Shown here piece by piece: positions 49,181 through 64,000 of a DNA stretch of 64,000 nucleotides. The notes under the pieces were generated by a model that was not told where the DNA came from, made no database searches, and saw nothing but the letters and a program-made list of their open reading frames with translations. The position numbers were made by a program, and so were the translations under genes. The stretch is from the human T2T-CHM13v2.0 reference genome, Homo sapiens. The stretch lies in assembly GCF_009914755.1 (NCBI RefSeq), contig NC_060930.1; one strand, written 5' to 3'. Each line of letters begins with the position of its first letter. Position 1 is the stretch's first letter.

Positions 49181-50527
49181 TGTGTGCTCACCTGCCTCCC
49201 CATGTATGGGCCTGCTGGAGGGGTTCTGCAATGCCCTGAGACCCTATGCTCTGGGACCCCATGCCTCGCTCTCACCAGCTCACGACACCGGACTCCCAAT
49301 ACCTAAGGAAACTTGCCGCCATAAGTGTCTAAAAACAAAAACAGAAAACACTTATGGAAATGGCTCAATCCATCATGGTCCCAAAGTTCATGTAATATTT
49401 GGATTATTCACGCCAAATGATGTAATTTTTCGGGATATAATATCTGAGATATTTGAACAAAATGAACAAGGGGCATTGTAGGACCAAGAGTCCGAGCATC
49501 ACTTGGATTCTCAGTCGTATGTTCCTGGGCAAGTGTAAAACCTCTGAGCTTGTTTTCTGGTATTAAAATGAGAGCCTTGTGCCTTGCAATTCCTAAGGTC
49601 TGATTTAGTGCTCATAGGATCCCTCTTTCCATAGTGGTAGACTTAGGTCACTTCTTTGGGGACTCTCAAGGATCGTGTGAGTGATGCACGTGTGGACAGG
49701 AGGCAGGAAACATGATCTCAGTTAACAGAGGAGTCCTGGGTATCCCCCATCACAGGAATAAACTTCCCTAATAGGAAATGATTGCCTTGATGTTATTGTA
49801 ATTATTCTTAACACTGGGTGCTTGAAAAGACATGACTTCATATTGTTCTAATCTAATGGGACATAGCCCCACACATTTTAAGTAGGTTTTTAACTACAGA
49901 ACAATAAAACATTTAGCAAATTATGTTCAAACGTGTCTGCACACACTGATACTTTCAGCTCGGTGCCAGCCATTCTGCTCCCATATGGGCTGACCAAACA
50001 GATCAGCTGGAGGAGGCAGCTTGGGTTCTGGCATCCATGAGTGACTCTGGCACCTTCCCTTCCACATGGCAGGGCAGGCTGGCTGAGGCTTGGAACTGAA
50101 TGTGGTTGGGAGAGGCCCTCGTTCAAACCGAGTTTCCTTGGTACTGCTCCATCATGTTTTTAGCCCACTGGTTATTAATCCAATGTTATTAGTGCTGGAA
50201 CAAATCACTCATGTGGATTTTCTGTCTCTTGGCTTCTTAATCACACGCCTTCATCTTCTGTGGAGCGCAAAGGAAGAGGAGGACGTCGGATGCCAGTTGC
50301 CAGCTTTGCTGATTACTGGCAGGGCAGCTCTGATAAGACCTTCACCGGGGGAAAATGGAGATTAATTTTAAAAGAGTCAGAGCCTCTCTGTAGATGGTAT
50401 CTCTATATTGTCCTCCTAGCCTTTTCTTTCTCAGCTGTAATTTATAGATGATTCTTCAGGCTGTATGCAGTTTACAGCCTGCTAATAGGTCATTTGGAAA
50501 TCAGCTAGGAGGGGCAGATGATAACTA

Positions 50528-50988
<461 letters not shown>

Positions 50989-51128
50989 CTGAAGGTAACT
51001 CAATGTTTCTTCATGCAGTTGGCCCCTTGTGGTTGTTTCTCTGAGGAGCCACTCTGCCAGGTCCTTTTCCTCTGTCCCTCTTCTATGACCTCATGAAATT
51101 GACCTGGAAGCCTGGCCACTGTCCCTTA

Positions 51129-51520
<392 letters not shown>

Positions 51521-51738
51521 AAACAGTCTCGTGGGCTGCAGTGTAGGGTGACTGCCCAGATGTCTGGTTGTTGAGGTATGTAGGGGAAGCAGCCTTTGAA
51601 AGAAAAGGCATATAATTTTGGGGTCAAGCATACTTAGCTTGAAATCCAGTCTCTGCCACTTTCTAGGTGTGTCATCTTGGCTAAGTTATTTAACCCCTTT
51701 GAACCTCAGTTTTTTCATTTGCAGTGTGAGATTAATGA

Positions 51739-52158
<420 letters not shown>

Positions 52159-52712
52159 TAAATAAGCGATGTAAGTTACCTGACACCAGTGGACTGCTAG
52201 CCAGTGACATCTGTTTGAGCAGCACCTTCATTTCCATTTGCCTTCATTGTCGTCCATTTTATGAAAGAATCACTGTACTATGCATTTAGAAACCAAGGAC
52301 AGTTATAGCAAATACATTGTTTATGGCAGTTTGTGCTGCAGAAAACTGGTTCTAAAATTTTTCATTTTCCTCCAGGTATTACTTCTACCTCCAGACACTA
52401 CCACTTCTCAGATTTATTTCAAAGAGGTCTTATCCTTTGCACCATATTCCCATTGAAAAGTAGGGATTTGGACCTCCTACTGTTTATTTACTATGAAATT
52501 AGAGCTAGTATTATGGGAGCTCAGTGCACACTGGTAACTGCTTATAAAGGGTGATCCTTGACTCTGTGAGGATGCACTTCTTCATAAGAACTATAGCTAT
52601 TTATGGAGTTTGAAATAAGCCCACCTGTTTGTCATGTCCCCTCAGCATGGATCTCTGATCCAGATACTTCACAGATCTCTGGAGTAGCTTGAGTGTGTAT
52701 GAGAGACTAGGC

Positions 52713-52839
52713 TTTATTTATTTGTTTTTTTGTAGAGATGGGTTCCCTGTGTGTTGCCAGGTTGGTCTTGAACTCCTGGCCTCAAGCAGTCCTTCTGCCT
52801 CGGCTTCCCAAAGTGCTGGGATTACAGGCATGAGCCACT
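52713..52839 (-). mobile_element. FLAM / Alu left monomer, antisense
   Basis: Left monomer only; TSD taggcttta. Confidence 0.88.
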
Positions 52840-52944
52840 TGAGTAGGCTTTAGATGCAGCAGCTCATGTTGGGTTTCACACCTCAAAATGGAGTTGCGTA
52901 GCACATACAGCGGGTGTCTGCTTAGCGGCTCAGCATACGCCAAA

Positions 52945-53085
52945 ACACCATGCACAATGGAGAAAGCAGGAACTGGGGACTGAAAGCTAATAGAATTCTA
53001 GCTCTGCTCTTTGCCATGAGACACTGGGCAAAGCACATACCTGACCCTCAGTTTCTTTCCTTGTGGAGATAGTTATATCTATTTT
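52945..53085 (+). mobile_element. MIR fragment
   Basis: gctctgctc..ctgggcaa..cctcagtttctt. Confidence 0.55.
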
Positions 53086-53602
53086 GCAAGTCCTGATTAT
53101 GCAGAGACACTAATCACATATCATGCAAGCTCTAGTCGTCATGTTCTGTTAAATCCATTTTGCAAGAATTCGTTATAAAGCACTTAATATATGAGTGCCA
53201 ATAGTAGTAATAACACTATGCAGAAGAGATGAAGAACATAGGAAATAATAAATTCATCAGTATTCAGTGTTGGGAGCAAGAGACAGTGTTTTTTGTTGTT
53301 GTTGTTGTTGTTTTTTCAAAAGTGAGCACCAGCCTTGGGCAGGTCGCCTGAGCTCGCTCATCTCAGCTGCCTCCCCAGGCGGAAGCTGACTCCCTTGTTG
53401 TAAGGACCAGAGCACAAACATGAGAAGCCTTTGCAAACTAAAGCACTCTCCAAGAGACATTGTCAAGCCCGTCATCTCCATGCCTCTGTACTGTTCCTTG
53501 CATTTCTCCTTTTCAATACCCACATTCTTCAGCGAGGAATCATTTCACGCGTACTTGTAGTGATGCCATCAGGCACTTACAGTATATACTAAATCATCCC
53601 AG

Positions 53603-53954
<352 letters not shown>

Positions 53955-54526
53955 TTACATTTTAAGTTCATTTGTCGAGACAGAAACATTTATTTCTCTT
54001 ATTTGGCAACAAAGAAACACACATTTAGTCTGTGTTAGTATATGTGCCTGTGTTTACAGATCATTTTACAGGTCCCCACTCCATAATTTGAGTGAATTTG
54101 TATCATTTTCTTTTTGTTCACCATTGTGATCTCTGTGCCTTTACTACTTAAATATTGATTTGCTGTGGACAACTGCCCAATCCGGTTACAACCTGGCAAA
54201 TCTTATCCAGATTTAAGAAAATGACTCTGTAACTTTAGTCTTGTTGCTATTGAGAGTCAAATGACTGAGCTTATCTTCATTGCCTTTTTCTTTCTTGGGT
54301 AGCTTTTAAGTCAAGTTTTTTGTTTAAGTAGCTTTTAAGTTTGAAGAATAAACTCATTAGCAAACACTTAGAATAATCCAAAGTAATAGATGATATTTTG
54401 GCACCAGTTTTGTTTTGTATGGATTATTCACACGTTTCCCTCGATGCCTAAAGCACAGTAGAAAGATGAAAAATATTTCAGCCACCTTTCTTGTCACACA
54501 TGACAGGATGCCTTAAAAATAAATGA

Positions 54527-54828
54527 TGCTGGGCGCAATGGCTTACGCCTGTAATCCCAGCAGTTTGGAAGGCCAAGGTGGGTGGATCACCTGAGGTCAG
54601 GAGTTCGAGATCAGCCTGGCCAAAATGATGAAACCCTGTTTCTATTAAAAAATACAAAACAATTAGCCAGGCGTGGTGGCGCCTGCCTGTAGTCCCGGCT
54701 ACTCGGGGCTGAGGCAAGAGAATCGCTTGAACCCGGGAGGCGGAGGTTGCGGTGAGCCGAGATTGTGCCACTGCACTCCAGCCTGGGCGACAGAGCAAGA
54801 CTCCATCTCAAAGGAAAAAAAAAAAAAA
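54527..54828 (+). mobile_element. AluS
   Basis: Full dimer with poly(A); no clear TSD. Confidence 0.94.
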
Positions 54829-57800
54829 GTATTCATTTTAGGGTGAGACTTAACTATGTTTAGGTCCCATGTCTGCTACCAGACATGTGTCTTGGTAAAG
54901 TTACTTGGCGGAGTTACTTAAACTAGTCCAACTAGTTGAATTATATAACTAGATAGTAGGCTCTTACAGAATGCTTCCATGTCATTATACTTATGAATGT
55001 ATTTTTCAGCTTTTATGCGATTATTTGTTAATTTAAGAAAGCCAGCAGGGACAAAAAAAGACACTTCTTTGACCTTAATACAGCAAAAGATGTGAAAACA
55101 TGGAGATGTGTATTTTCAGAATTCTTTACCCATCACTCTATCATTTAAGATTTTAATGGACTTCAAGATGCTAATATTTTGAAAATTCTCTGGAAGTTCA
55201 CCTGGTTCTCAACTCCAAGCTGAACGAGGACCACGGACACCCAGGTGTAGGTATTTTGTAAGCCACAGCTTGAGATGGTCATACCTGGTTATGCTCTGTA
55301 AGGAGCTAAGAAGGCAGGACCATATGATCCTATTAAAAGGTAGCACTGGATGGCCTTCTTTTTAGACATGCTCCACTGAAGCCTTTTAGTCTACATGTGA
55401 AGGAACCAAGGCCCAACAAGTTTAGGTGACTGTGTTAGTCATTGGCAGAATCATGTGTGGAGCCTGGGTCAGCTGACTTCCAGGACGGGGCTGTCTCCTG
55501 AACCATTCCAGCATTTGGAGAGCAATGAACACTGCATGACGTGGTTCTTCCTGCTCTGTTGGAAGAAGGCATGGCATTTTAGAGCACAGAAATTCATCAA
55601 ACATTGAAACATTTGCTGTTGTATTGACACCATCTTTTCTTTAGGAATGATCTTGGAAAAAACTAGGAAAAGTTATTCCATTGACCAGTGATGACCAGTT
55701 ATTGTTCCTTTTGTCAACAGGCAAGATGATGATGAATGAAGTCCTGGCAGCTTCCTGTGTCCCAGGCCTTGTAGAAATAAATGAGACAGACGTGCTTCAA
55801 AGTTCTAATGTGCATCACATCGGATCTTGTTTAAGGAAGCGTTAAAAGGAACCCGCCGTTACCTATTGAGAAGGCTCTGTACTCTCAGGCATTGTTTCTG
55901 ATTGAATCCAGAGGTTGCAAGCATGCCTTCCTGTATTACCTGTTGGAGCAGGTTTAATTTTATAAATTTTAAACACAAACTCTATGAGTTTCTAGTTCAT
56001 AATTGTTCTTTTTGGGGATCCACTCAGATGAACAGTATTGCATCTGTAAGAGATACCCACTTCCCAGGACCAGATTTGATTGGAATATCAGTGGCAACAG
56101 ACTCCATCTGTAGCTCATCCAGTACCAGTGATGGAAAGGACAGATGGCAAGGAAACCCTTTCGGGGGGAAAAAGAAAGTCATATTGTGTTGGACCTACAG
56201 ATTACTAGAAACATAGCTTTAGTAAACCAAGGCTTTTTTTCTTGAACACAATCTGTGTAGACTGTGTAGTTCTTGATTGGTGGCTTTAATCCATTATCAT
56301 TAGGTATCTCCTTGAACGTTCTCAAACACTGAAAGTCTTAAGCTTTCATTAAAAAAAAAAGAGTAAATGCAGCTTTCAGAAAATCCAGGATTCTGTACAG
56401 TCTTCGAGTGTTTCACTTCAGCTTCCCTGTCCTGTTATTACCAACAGCAGGTACCCGGGTGGTAGACAAGAAGCCTCATGGGATAGATAAGGAAATGAAG
56501 ATAAACAAACATATCACACTGTATCGTAAACATACTTTATAAGTACATTTCTTATTAGCTTCTTATCCAGGTAGAGATTATAAAAATTTGCTGCAAGTAT
56601 CCAGACCAGAATTTATGTTTTGGAAATTATCAGTGTTCACAATACCTGCAGGGAAGAAAAAAATACAAAAACTCAAATATGAATACTCTTTACACCCAAA
56701 AGAATATTTTTATCATTCTTTTATTTGTTTTTGGCTCTGTCAAAAATTAAAGTGCTTGGAATGCTGTAGTCTGTGGTCTCTTGAAATTTAATCAATGAGA
56801 ACTTAGCATTTTCACAGTATGCTGTCACTTTGGACATTCATAATAAAAATTGAAACTAATTTTGGGTGTTAGTCATTTATTTTGCTGTGTAGCTTAGTGC
56901 ACCTTTTGTGGTCTGTCTGTGCCTAGTAACTGAGCAGTTTGTATGTATAGAGATATAGAGATAGATTCATAGTTCAAGCCTTTCACTGTTGTTTTCTATA
57001 TTTGAACAACCACTCTTTTTATTTATTGAAAGGCCAAGAGATTTTTGAATGCCAAGGCCTTTTTGAATATGCATTCTATAACACAGATTAAAATTAATTC
57101 CTGAGGATTATACCTAAGCTTTCTTGAGTTTCTCCTTACAGCAGATTTTCTATTAAATTGATTATATTTTCTATTAAGTAGTAAGTAGGAAACTAGAGAA
57201 GGCTATAGGTAATATAGTGGCAATTATAGGCTTTTCAATAGGATCTTTTTTGTTTGACTCTCTGCCCGGTAGTGTTGGAGTATTGTTTTATGTATTCCAT
57301 CATATTGCAGTTAGAAATAAAACAGCTCCAGAGAAACACAGACATGTGAGCCTATGTAGAAAACTTAGATCTTGCTTGGCACCTCTACCAAATTTGATAT
57401 GGCAATGAGAAAAGATCCCTTTCCTTCTATTCTTTTGTAACTAAACCTACAATTGGCAAACATCCATCTAGCTCCCACTTCCCACCCCCTCAAGCCTCTA
57501 CCCCCCACAAAGGAACAGTATGGATTTGTGACTAACCTCACCATTCTTGTGCACATATGAGCAAATGATTTGGGAAATTAAATTGGAAAAAAAAACAAAT
57601 AGAAGTTTCTGAGGTTCTTTTCGCTGGATAGGGTGAGAGGAGAAACAGAATAGCAAATGAAGGTAAAAGAGGATCATTCCTTCAGCACTGGGTGCATATC
57701 CAGTCAGCACTTAGCTGGAGGTGCTTTTCCAATGACCAGGTGCACACGAAGGCCCATCTGTTGGAGGAGTAATCTTTTTAAAATCCCAAGGCAGCATAAT

Positions 57801-59301
57801 GGGGGCAGAGGTTGATGCTTTTGTTCCCTGGATGAATTCCCTCTTCAGAAGCTCCTGCTCCCCTCGACCTGAGCATCTGGACAGGCTCTCTGTGTGAATC
57901 GGCATGAATATTGAACAGTCCACACTCCCTCCCTGCTTCAGTCCATGGCAAAGGAAAGCTTTCGAAAGTCACCGTTCTCCAGGGACGTTAAGCATTTCGA
58001 GCTGGTTTTTAAAACAGTATTAAGTGACTTTGACAAACTGGAGCTATTTGGTATTTGCACAATTAGAAAGAATCCCCCATGGGGGTTGTTTGGCTTTGTG
58101 AGTAAATGCTGGCCTCTCACTTGAATTCCAATACAGAGATCTCATTCAAATGAGATGGGTGGTCTTATGCAATTTCTTTGCGGTTCATAAATTCCTCATA
58201 GAGGGGGAAAAACTATTTCAGAATGGCCTCCACAAAGGAATTACACGTAGATGATTACTTTTATCCGGAGTAATTTGTGTTTTAAATGATTTAAAAGTAT
58301 AAGCAGTTAAGGAAGTCGTGAAGTTTGATGCTTCAGAAGAAAGCCTCCTTTCATTCATTATTAGTGATTTCTCCAAATCCACTATTTCTGCATCTATGTA
58401 TGAAAATTGAAGAACATTCCAGACTATGGCGGTGGCATCAAATCCAATCATTTTTATAGCGGGGCTTTCTCTTGGAGGACTCTTTAAAGGTTACAGAGAG
58501 AGGCAGCTTGGCACAGTGTGTAGATTGGTTCATAGTTACTGTTTTATAGATGTTTACTGTACCTTTTAGTATCTGTGAAAAATATTCCTTTTATTTCTTC
58601 TGAGGCACACATCTCTTTCAAAACGTTTTTTAATATCTTAGAAACATACTCTACCTGTGAGCTATAAGGAAATAAAATGATGCTCATTTTCATCCATTCT
58701 TATATTATTACAAAACTAAATCATTTCTCAATCCTATAAGATACAAATCAATTGCCTATTATTGTAGATGACTTAGGAAAGAAGATTGTAAACTAGAAAA
58801 AATATACATGCATTTTTAGTCCAAACTTTTAAAAATACAAGTACTGTATTCAGATATATTTTCTAAAAAGATATCATTCATAAAATTAATGCAAATTTTA
58901 AAATCCACTAAAGGATCCATAGTGCTAGAAATAAATGTGGCTTTCAGATGGCTGCGACTCTCAGCTTGCACAACTGGGAAAGAACCTGAATATGCCTCTT
59001 TTCAATTTTGTCCACTTGATCATGGGGTGGGAACGATATTATTGAGTGGAAGTAATTGCTACTCCAAAGATTTTTTCAAAGCTTTATGGAGACTGTGGCA
59101 AATATTATTTTGTATCTTAAAGGACCCTGTATGGAGAGTTGCACTGATATTTAAAAGTTCCCACACACGGTGTCACACAGGCCACGAGCCACAGCAGTCA
59201 GAAATGGAAGGGGGACCTCACTGCTTCTTACTGCATCATTCCCATCCTCTCATTACAACAGAAAAGAAAAAAGCTAATGAGGAAAAGGAAGCAACTTTTG
59301 C

Positions 59302-59719
<418 letters not shown>

Positions 59720-61883
59720 CACTCACAAGAGCACACACATCATGGGACTGGAGGCCATAAGCAGAGTGACCAGAATCCTCTTAGGCCACTCTCAAGGCAA
59801 AACTCTCAAAGGTGAGGCCTGGCTGGGGACTGCCAGGAGAGCGCAGGGACCAAGAGGCGAGCTCTGGGTTCTGCAACAAGAGCTGGGGCTCCAGTGCCCC
59901 AGAAAGTGATTCCCAGATTCTCACCTCATGTACGGCAGGTGTGGCCACAACCGAAGCCCCGCCTTCTTCATACTGACTGCAGGTCCTGCGCTTGGCTTTT
60001 TTAATTAGAATCTTGCAAATTTGTCTCCAAATACCAATATTCCTTCATTCATCCAACATGTATGTATCTAGTGCTTACTAAATACACAGTGCTGTGCTTG
60101 AGATAGAGATGGAACAGTGCATTAGAATTATGCTTGAGCACATCAGTAGAACGTGCATGTTCAATAGGAATACAGGTGTGTATTGCATCTTAAGCACAAG
60201 ATGAATGCAAAGGAAGCTCACAGAGGCAGACGCAAATCAGTAGTTTACCTAAAAATGACTTGTTCTTTATCAGCTCAACTTTCCACTATCGTAAAAAAGA
60301 AAACAGTTCTTACTGTTTAGTCTTTTGCTGTTTCCTAGCCAGTAACACATTTATAGTTTTATTTGGATTTGAGAACCTAGAGATTATATTGACTTATACT
60401 GGTGAACACCTCTTTTCTAAACCCTGAAACTCTAGCAAGGATGCAGGTCCCACCATCCATGAATGCTGCCATTTAATTCAACATGAGAAGTGACCCGTTT
60501 CACCTGTAAACGGGGTGGGGGAACTCAAAATACTTTCAAACACAAGGACTTTGACTTTACAACGTTTGGAAAATTACAGAACACAAGAAACTATTTCTAT
60601 CAAACCAAAAGAATTCAGAGTTTCTCAAGAGATCTCTTATTTAAAAAAAAAAAAGTGTATTTCATGAAATAAGGATAGACTATGGCAAGAGAGTGGGATA
60701 GAAAGAAAGTTATTCTTTTCTGAAGTTGGTTTGATTTTCCTGGGGCCATCTTAGCAGTACACAGAAGCAAGGTTGGTTTTCCCAGATCCCCATCACAATG
60801 AATGGTTGCATAGAAGTAGGGTTGATTGAATGTTCTCAGTCTAGTTGTATCTGACTTAGAAAGATGTTAACATACAAAGGGGGAAACTAAAGCCAATAGA
60901 TAATCAGAGAATTGTGGATTTAATTCAACATTAGCTCCTATCTTTTTCTCAGGCAGAAGGATACATGAGATCTAAGTACAGGAATTTAACTAAATGGAAT
61001 ATAAGACTTATGATATGTAGGTTTCCTTTGGAAATCCAAACATCTGTCTAGAGGTGAAGACTATAGAAAGTACTTCTTGCTTAAAGCAGATTATTAACTC
61101 GAATAAGTACAAGCATGACCACCCCCAAATCATTTACTAATAATTGTTTCTTGGACTTCAACTGATGTTCCTTCCCTTCAACTAAAATCCTACTTACATT
61201 CCAAATAAAAGTAGTAATTCCTTATTGTGCTCAACCAGACCATCAAAATCTTCAAGCTGAGGATCCCCAAGATAATACAGCAACAGACTATTTTCTAGCA
61301 TAGTTGGGGCTTGAGGTTTTTCCAATGGATCTCCAGTTTTTCAGGAATTTGAATACATGTTTTAAATGAACTGACATAAATGCTCTACTGGATATAATCC
61401 TAACAGTATTTGCTGTTGCAAAGGCCATCAGGACCTTGAGGTGCTCCGGGTCTGGGTTAATGCCCATGGGGTTCACCATGCTGGACTGGGGACCGCAGCA
61501 GCACCGGGCACAGAGCTCAGTTCATAAAGCACCAGCTTCTAACATAAATTGACATTAACAACAGTCACTCTCCTCCCAAGGACAGCGCAAAAAGGAAACC
61601 CACTTAATGAAACAGATGTGCTTAGTGTATTTTAGCTCATCCCTTAAACAGTCACTAAATACCGGCATCCCATTGGATTTGTCTAGGCTTACATCAAGGA
61701 AGTTTCTTCTCTTACCAAATTTCTTACATCGCCTGTAAAGAAAGCACATTCTTTCACTCAGGTGTGTCTCCTCAGCTCCTCTTAGCTCAGTCTTCAGTTT
61801 GCTTCTTTTTTATTCCTTGCCCTTGGTTTCCACTTGGATTATTTGGTAAATGTGTGCAGCTGAAGATGCTTGCTGTCGCTTCC

Positions 61884-62056
61884 ATGGTTGGTCTCAAACG
61901 TGTCTGCATATTAGAATCACCTGGGAAGCTTCGATAATCCTGAATCCTGTGTCCCTTCCGCAAAGATTATGATTGCTAGAGTGTGCCCTGGGTATTGGGA
62001 GTTTTAGAGGCTCTCCAGGTGGATTCTAATATGCAGACAAGTTTGGGAATCCCTGG
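61884..62056. mobile_element. MER5B-type MITE
   Basis: tctcaaa..ctgcatattagaatcacctggg...ccaggtggattctaatatgcag (internal inverted repeat). Confidence 0.8.
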
Positions 62057-62087
62057 GCTACAGGGAAGAAAGGGAAGTTTTCGAAGG

Positions 62088-62282
62088 CCTGGGCCTCCTG
62101 TGAGTTGTGTGATTTGGAGCAAGTCATTTAACGCTGCCCAGCCTTGGTTTCTCTGTACGATGAAGATAGTTATGCCGGCAGTTTTCCCATCTGCATAATG
62201 AAAATCATGTTTACATTAGGTGGTTAGTAATAGCACATGTAATGGGTTTGGCACAGGCTGGGCACTCGGGAAATGATAGCCA
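62088..62282 (+). mobile_element. MIR
   Basis: gttgtgtgatttggagcaagtcattta..ggtttctctgt..ggcacaggctgggcactc. Confidence 0.6.
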
Positions 62283-62759
62283 TCCTGTATCCCTAAGGTA
62301 AAATAAAGGCAAGGAAACACTGTGGATGATTAAGTGAGGTCAGTTTAATGGAAACGAAAACAAGTAGGTGACAACCAGGCTCACTGTCACATGGGATGTG
62401 GTTTCTTTCCCTGAGACAATTGAGTTGTTCATCTATTTCTAGCTTGTTGGAAAGAATGATACCACCTCATACTCAGAGATAAGGCTATTGTGTTCATCTG
62501 TTTTTCCAGGGTGCGGTGGGTCTGCCCAGGGCTTTGTGAACAGGATCTGCCTGGCAGATAAATCCGAGGAGTATTGGGAAGTGGACTCTTTGACAAGGGC
62601 TGACTGACTTCATGAGTTTGGTGGGCACATGGCTGATCGCACTTCACTGGGGTGAATGTGACTCCTATACTCAGACTTGGGGAAGGATAGAAAGTCTATC
62701 TCATTTTGTCCTTGGTGAGCGGTCTCTTACGATGGCATAATAAGGGGAGGTTGGTGGTG

Positions 62760-63045
62760 TTTTAGAATCAGAGAGAGATAGAATGTCAGAGCTGAAAGGA
62801 ACTCAGACCATCACCTGAGCCCCAGGAGTTCTTAACGGTGAACACTCTGAGATTATAGGAAACACCTTCGACATATTTAACATTTTCTTCGAGAAGCCAT
62901 GGCTTCTCGTCTGATTCAAGAAGAGCTTGCTAGCCCTCCAATACCAAAGACTCGAGTTTATGAATAAGGAAACAGAGTCAAAGGAACTGTTCAAAGCCAC
63001 GTGGGCAGTTAGAAGCAAAACAGAACTAGAACTCAGGTGACCACA
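62760..63045 (-). mobile_element. MIR3/MIRc-like fragment, antisense
   Basis: agaatgtcagagctgaaagga..aaggaaacagag..gaactagaactcagg. Confidence 0.55.
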
Positions 63046-63366
63046 CTTTTCCCCAACCTCCACTCCCCCAGTTTTATAGCAAGTCTGAAGCATTAACTGT
63101 GGCAAGGGACTGTTTAAGCCACAGGTTCAACTAATTCACTGGATAATCACAGCCCCAAGCAGACGGTTGCTGGCATGCTACCAAATGAGGTTTCCATTTT
63201 TCTTTAGCTAAGGACATTATGTCTGCTGAAGGTCCTAGGAAGAAGGTAGAACTTCTGTCGCTGTTTGGAAATTCTCATTATTTTAACCTACAGTGAAACA
63301 TCAGTCAGAATTTTGGGGGCTAACAGGAATCTGGACAGACATAAAGGAATTTAAACCACAAGTGCA

Positions 63367-63669
63367 GTCCAGGTTCAGTGGCTCATGCCTGTAATCCCAG
63401 CACTTTGGAAGACTGGGGCAGGCAGATGACCTGAGGTCAGGAGTTTGAGACCAGCCTGACCAAGACGGAGAAACCCCCGTCTCTACTAAAAATACAAAAT
63501 TAGCCGGGTGTGGGTGGCGCATACCTGTAATCCCAGCTACTCGGGAGGCTGAGGCAGGAGAATCGCTTGAACCCCAGAGGCGGAGGTTTGCAGTGAGCCG
63601 AGACCGTGTCATTGCACTCCAGCCTGGGCAACAAGAGCGAAACTCCGTCTCAAAACAAAAAAACAAACA
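63367..63669 (+). mobile_element. AluSp-like
   Basis: ggagaaacccc and aacaagagcgaaactccg diagnostics. Confidence 0.93.

Positions 63670-64000
<331 letters not shown>

Noticed and set aside
52355-52382. Other pyrimidine-tract AG|GT junctions (52375, 19798, 61761, 481) as recursive splice sites
   Set aside because: The donor halves are weak (gtatta, gtattt, gtgtgt, gtgaag), and such junctions are common in T-rich introns.
55902-56216. 104-aa + strand ORF (..SVRDTHFPGPDLIGISVATDS..)
   Set aside because: It has a non-ATG start and I could not match it to a protein with confidence. The splice signals here favour the minus strand.

Overview
This is primate genomic DNA, most likely human: AluY elements and a Ya5-type Alu arm are present. 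It looks like the interior of a long intron or lncRNA, or intergenic DNA. I found no credible protein-coding exon, RNA gene, CRISPR array or CpG-island promoter, and I could not name the locus. About 46 Alu/FLAM/FRAM segments make up roughly a fifth of the window. They sit among MIR, L2, L1M and L3/CR1 fossils, an MST-type MaLR solo LTR, and MER3, MER5, MER53 and MADE1 DNA-transposon relics. Most ORFs in the supplied track are Alu read-throughs or chance ORFs. The sequence alone does not support a new multi-gene system. Three kinds of signal are worth following up. (i) Candidate non-coding exons, a microexon and recursive-splice-like AG|GT junctions lie in repeat-free stretches (6.6-6.9, 11.7-11.9, 15.5-15.8, 48.2 and 55.7-56.2 kb). 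(ii) A CTCF-like motif, a TATA box and a perfect 36-bp duplication cluster at 16.2-16.4 kb. (iii) There are several rearrangement scars: an AluSp/AluYa5 chimera, a three-arm Alu, a MADE1 truncated at an Alu lacking its TSD, and a CTAG-rich templated-insertion mosaic. Repeat boundaries were read by eye (about +/-10-30 bp), and subfamily calls rest on remembered consensus diagnostics, not a RepeatMasker run.
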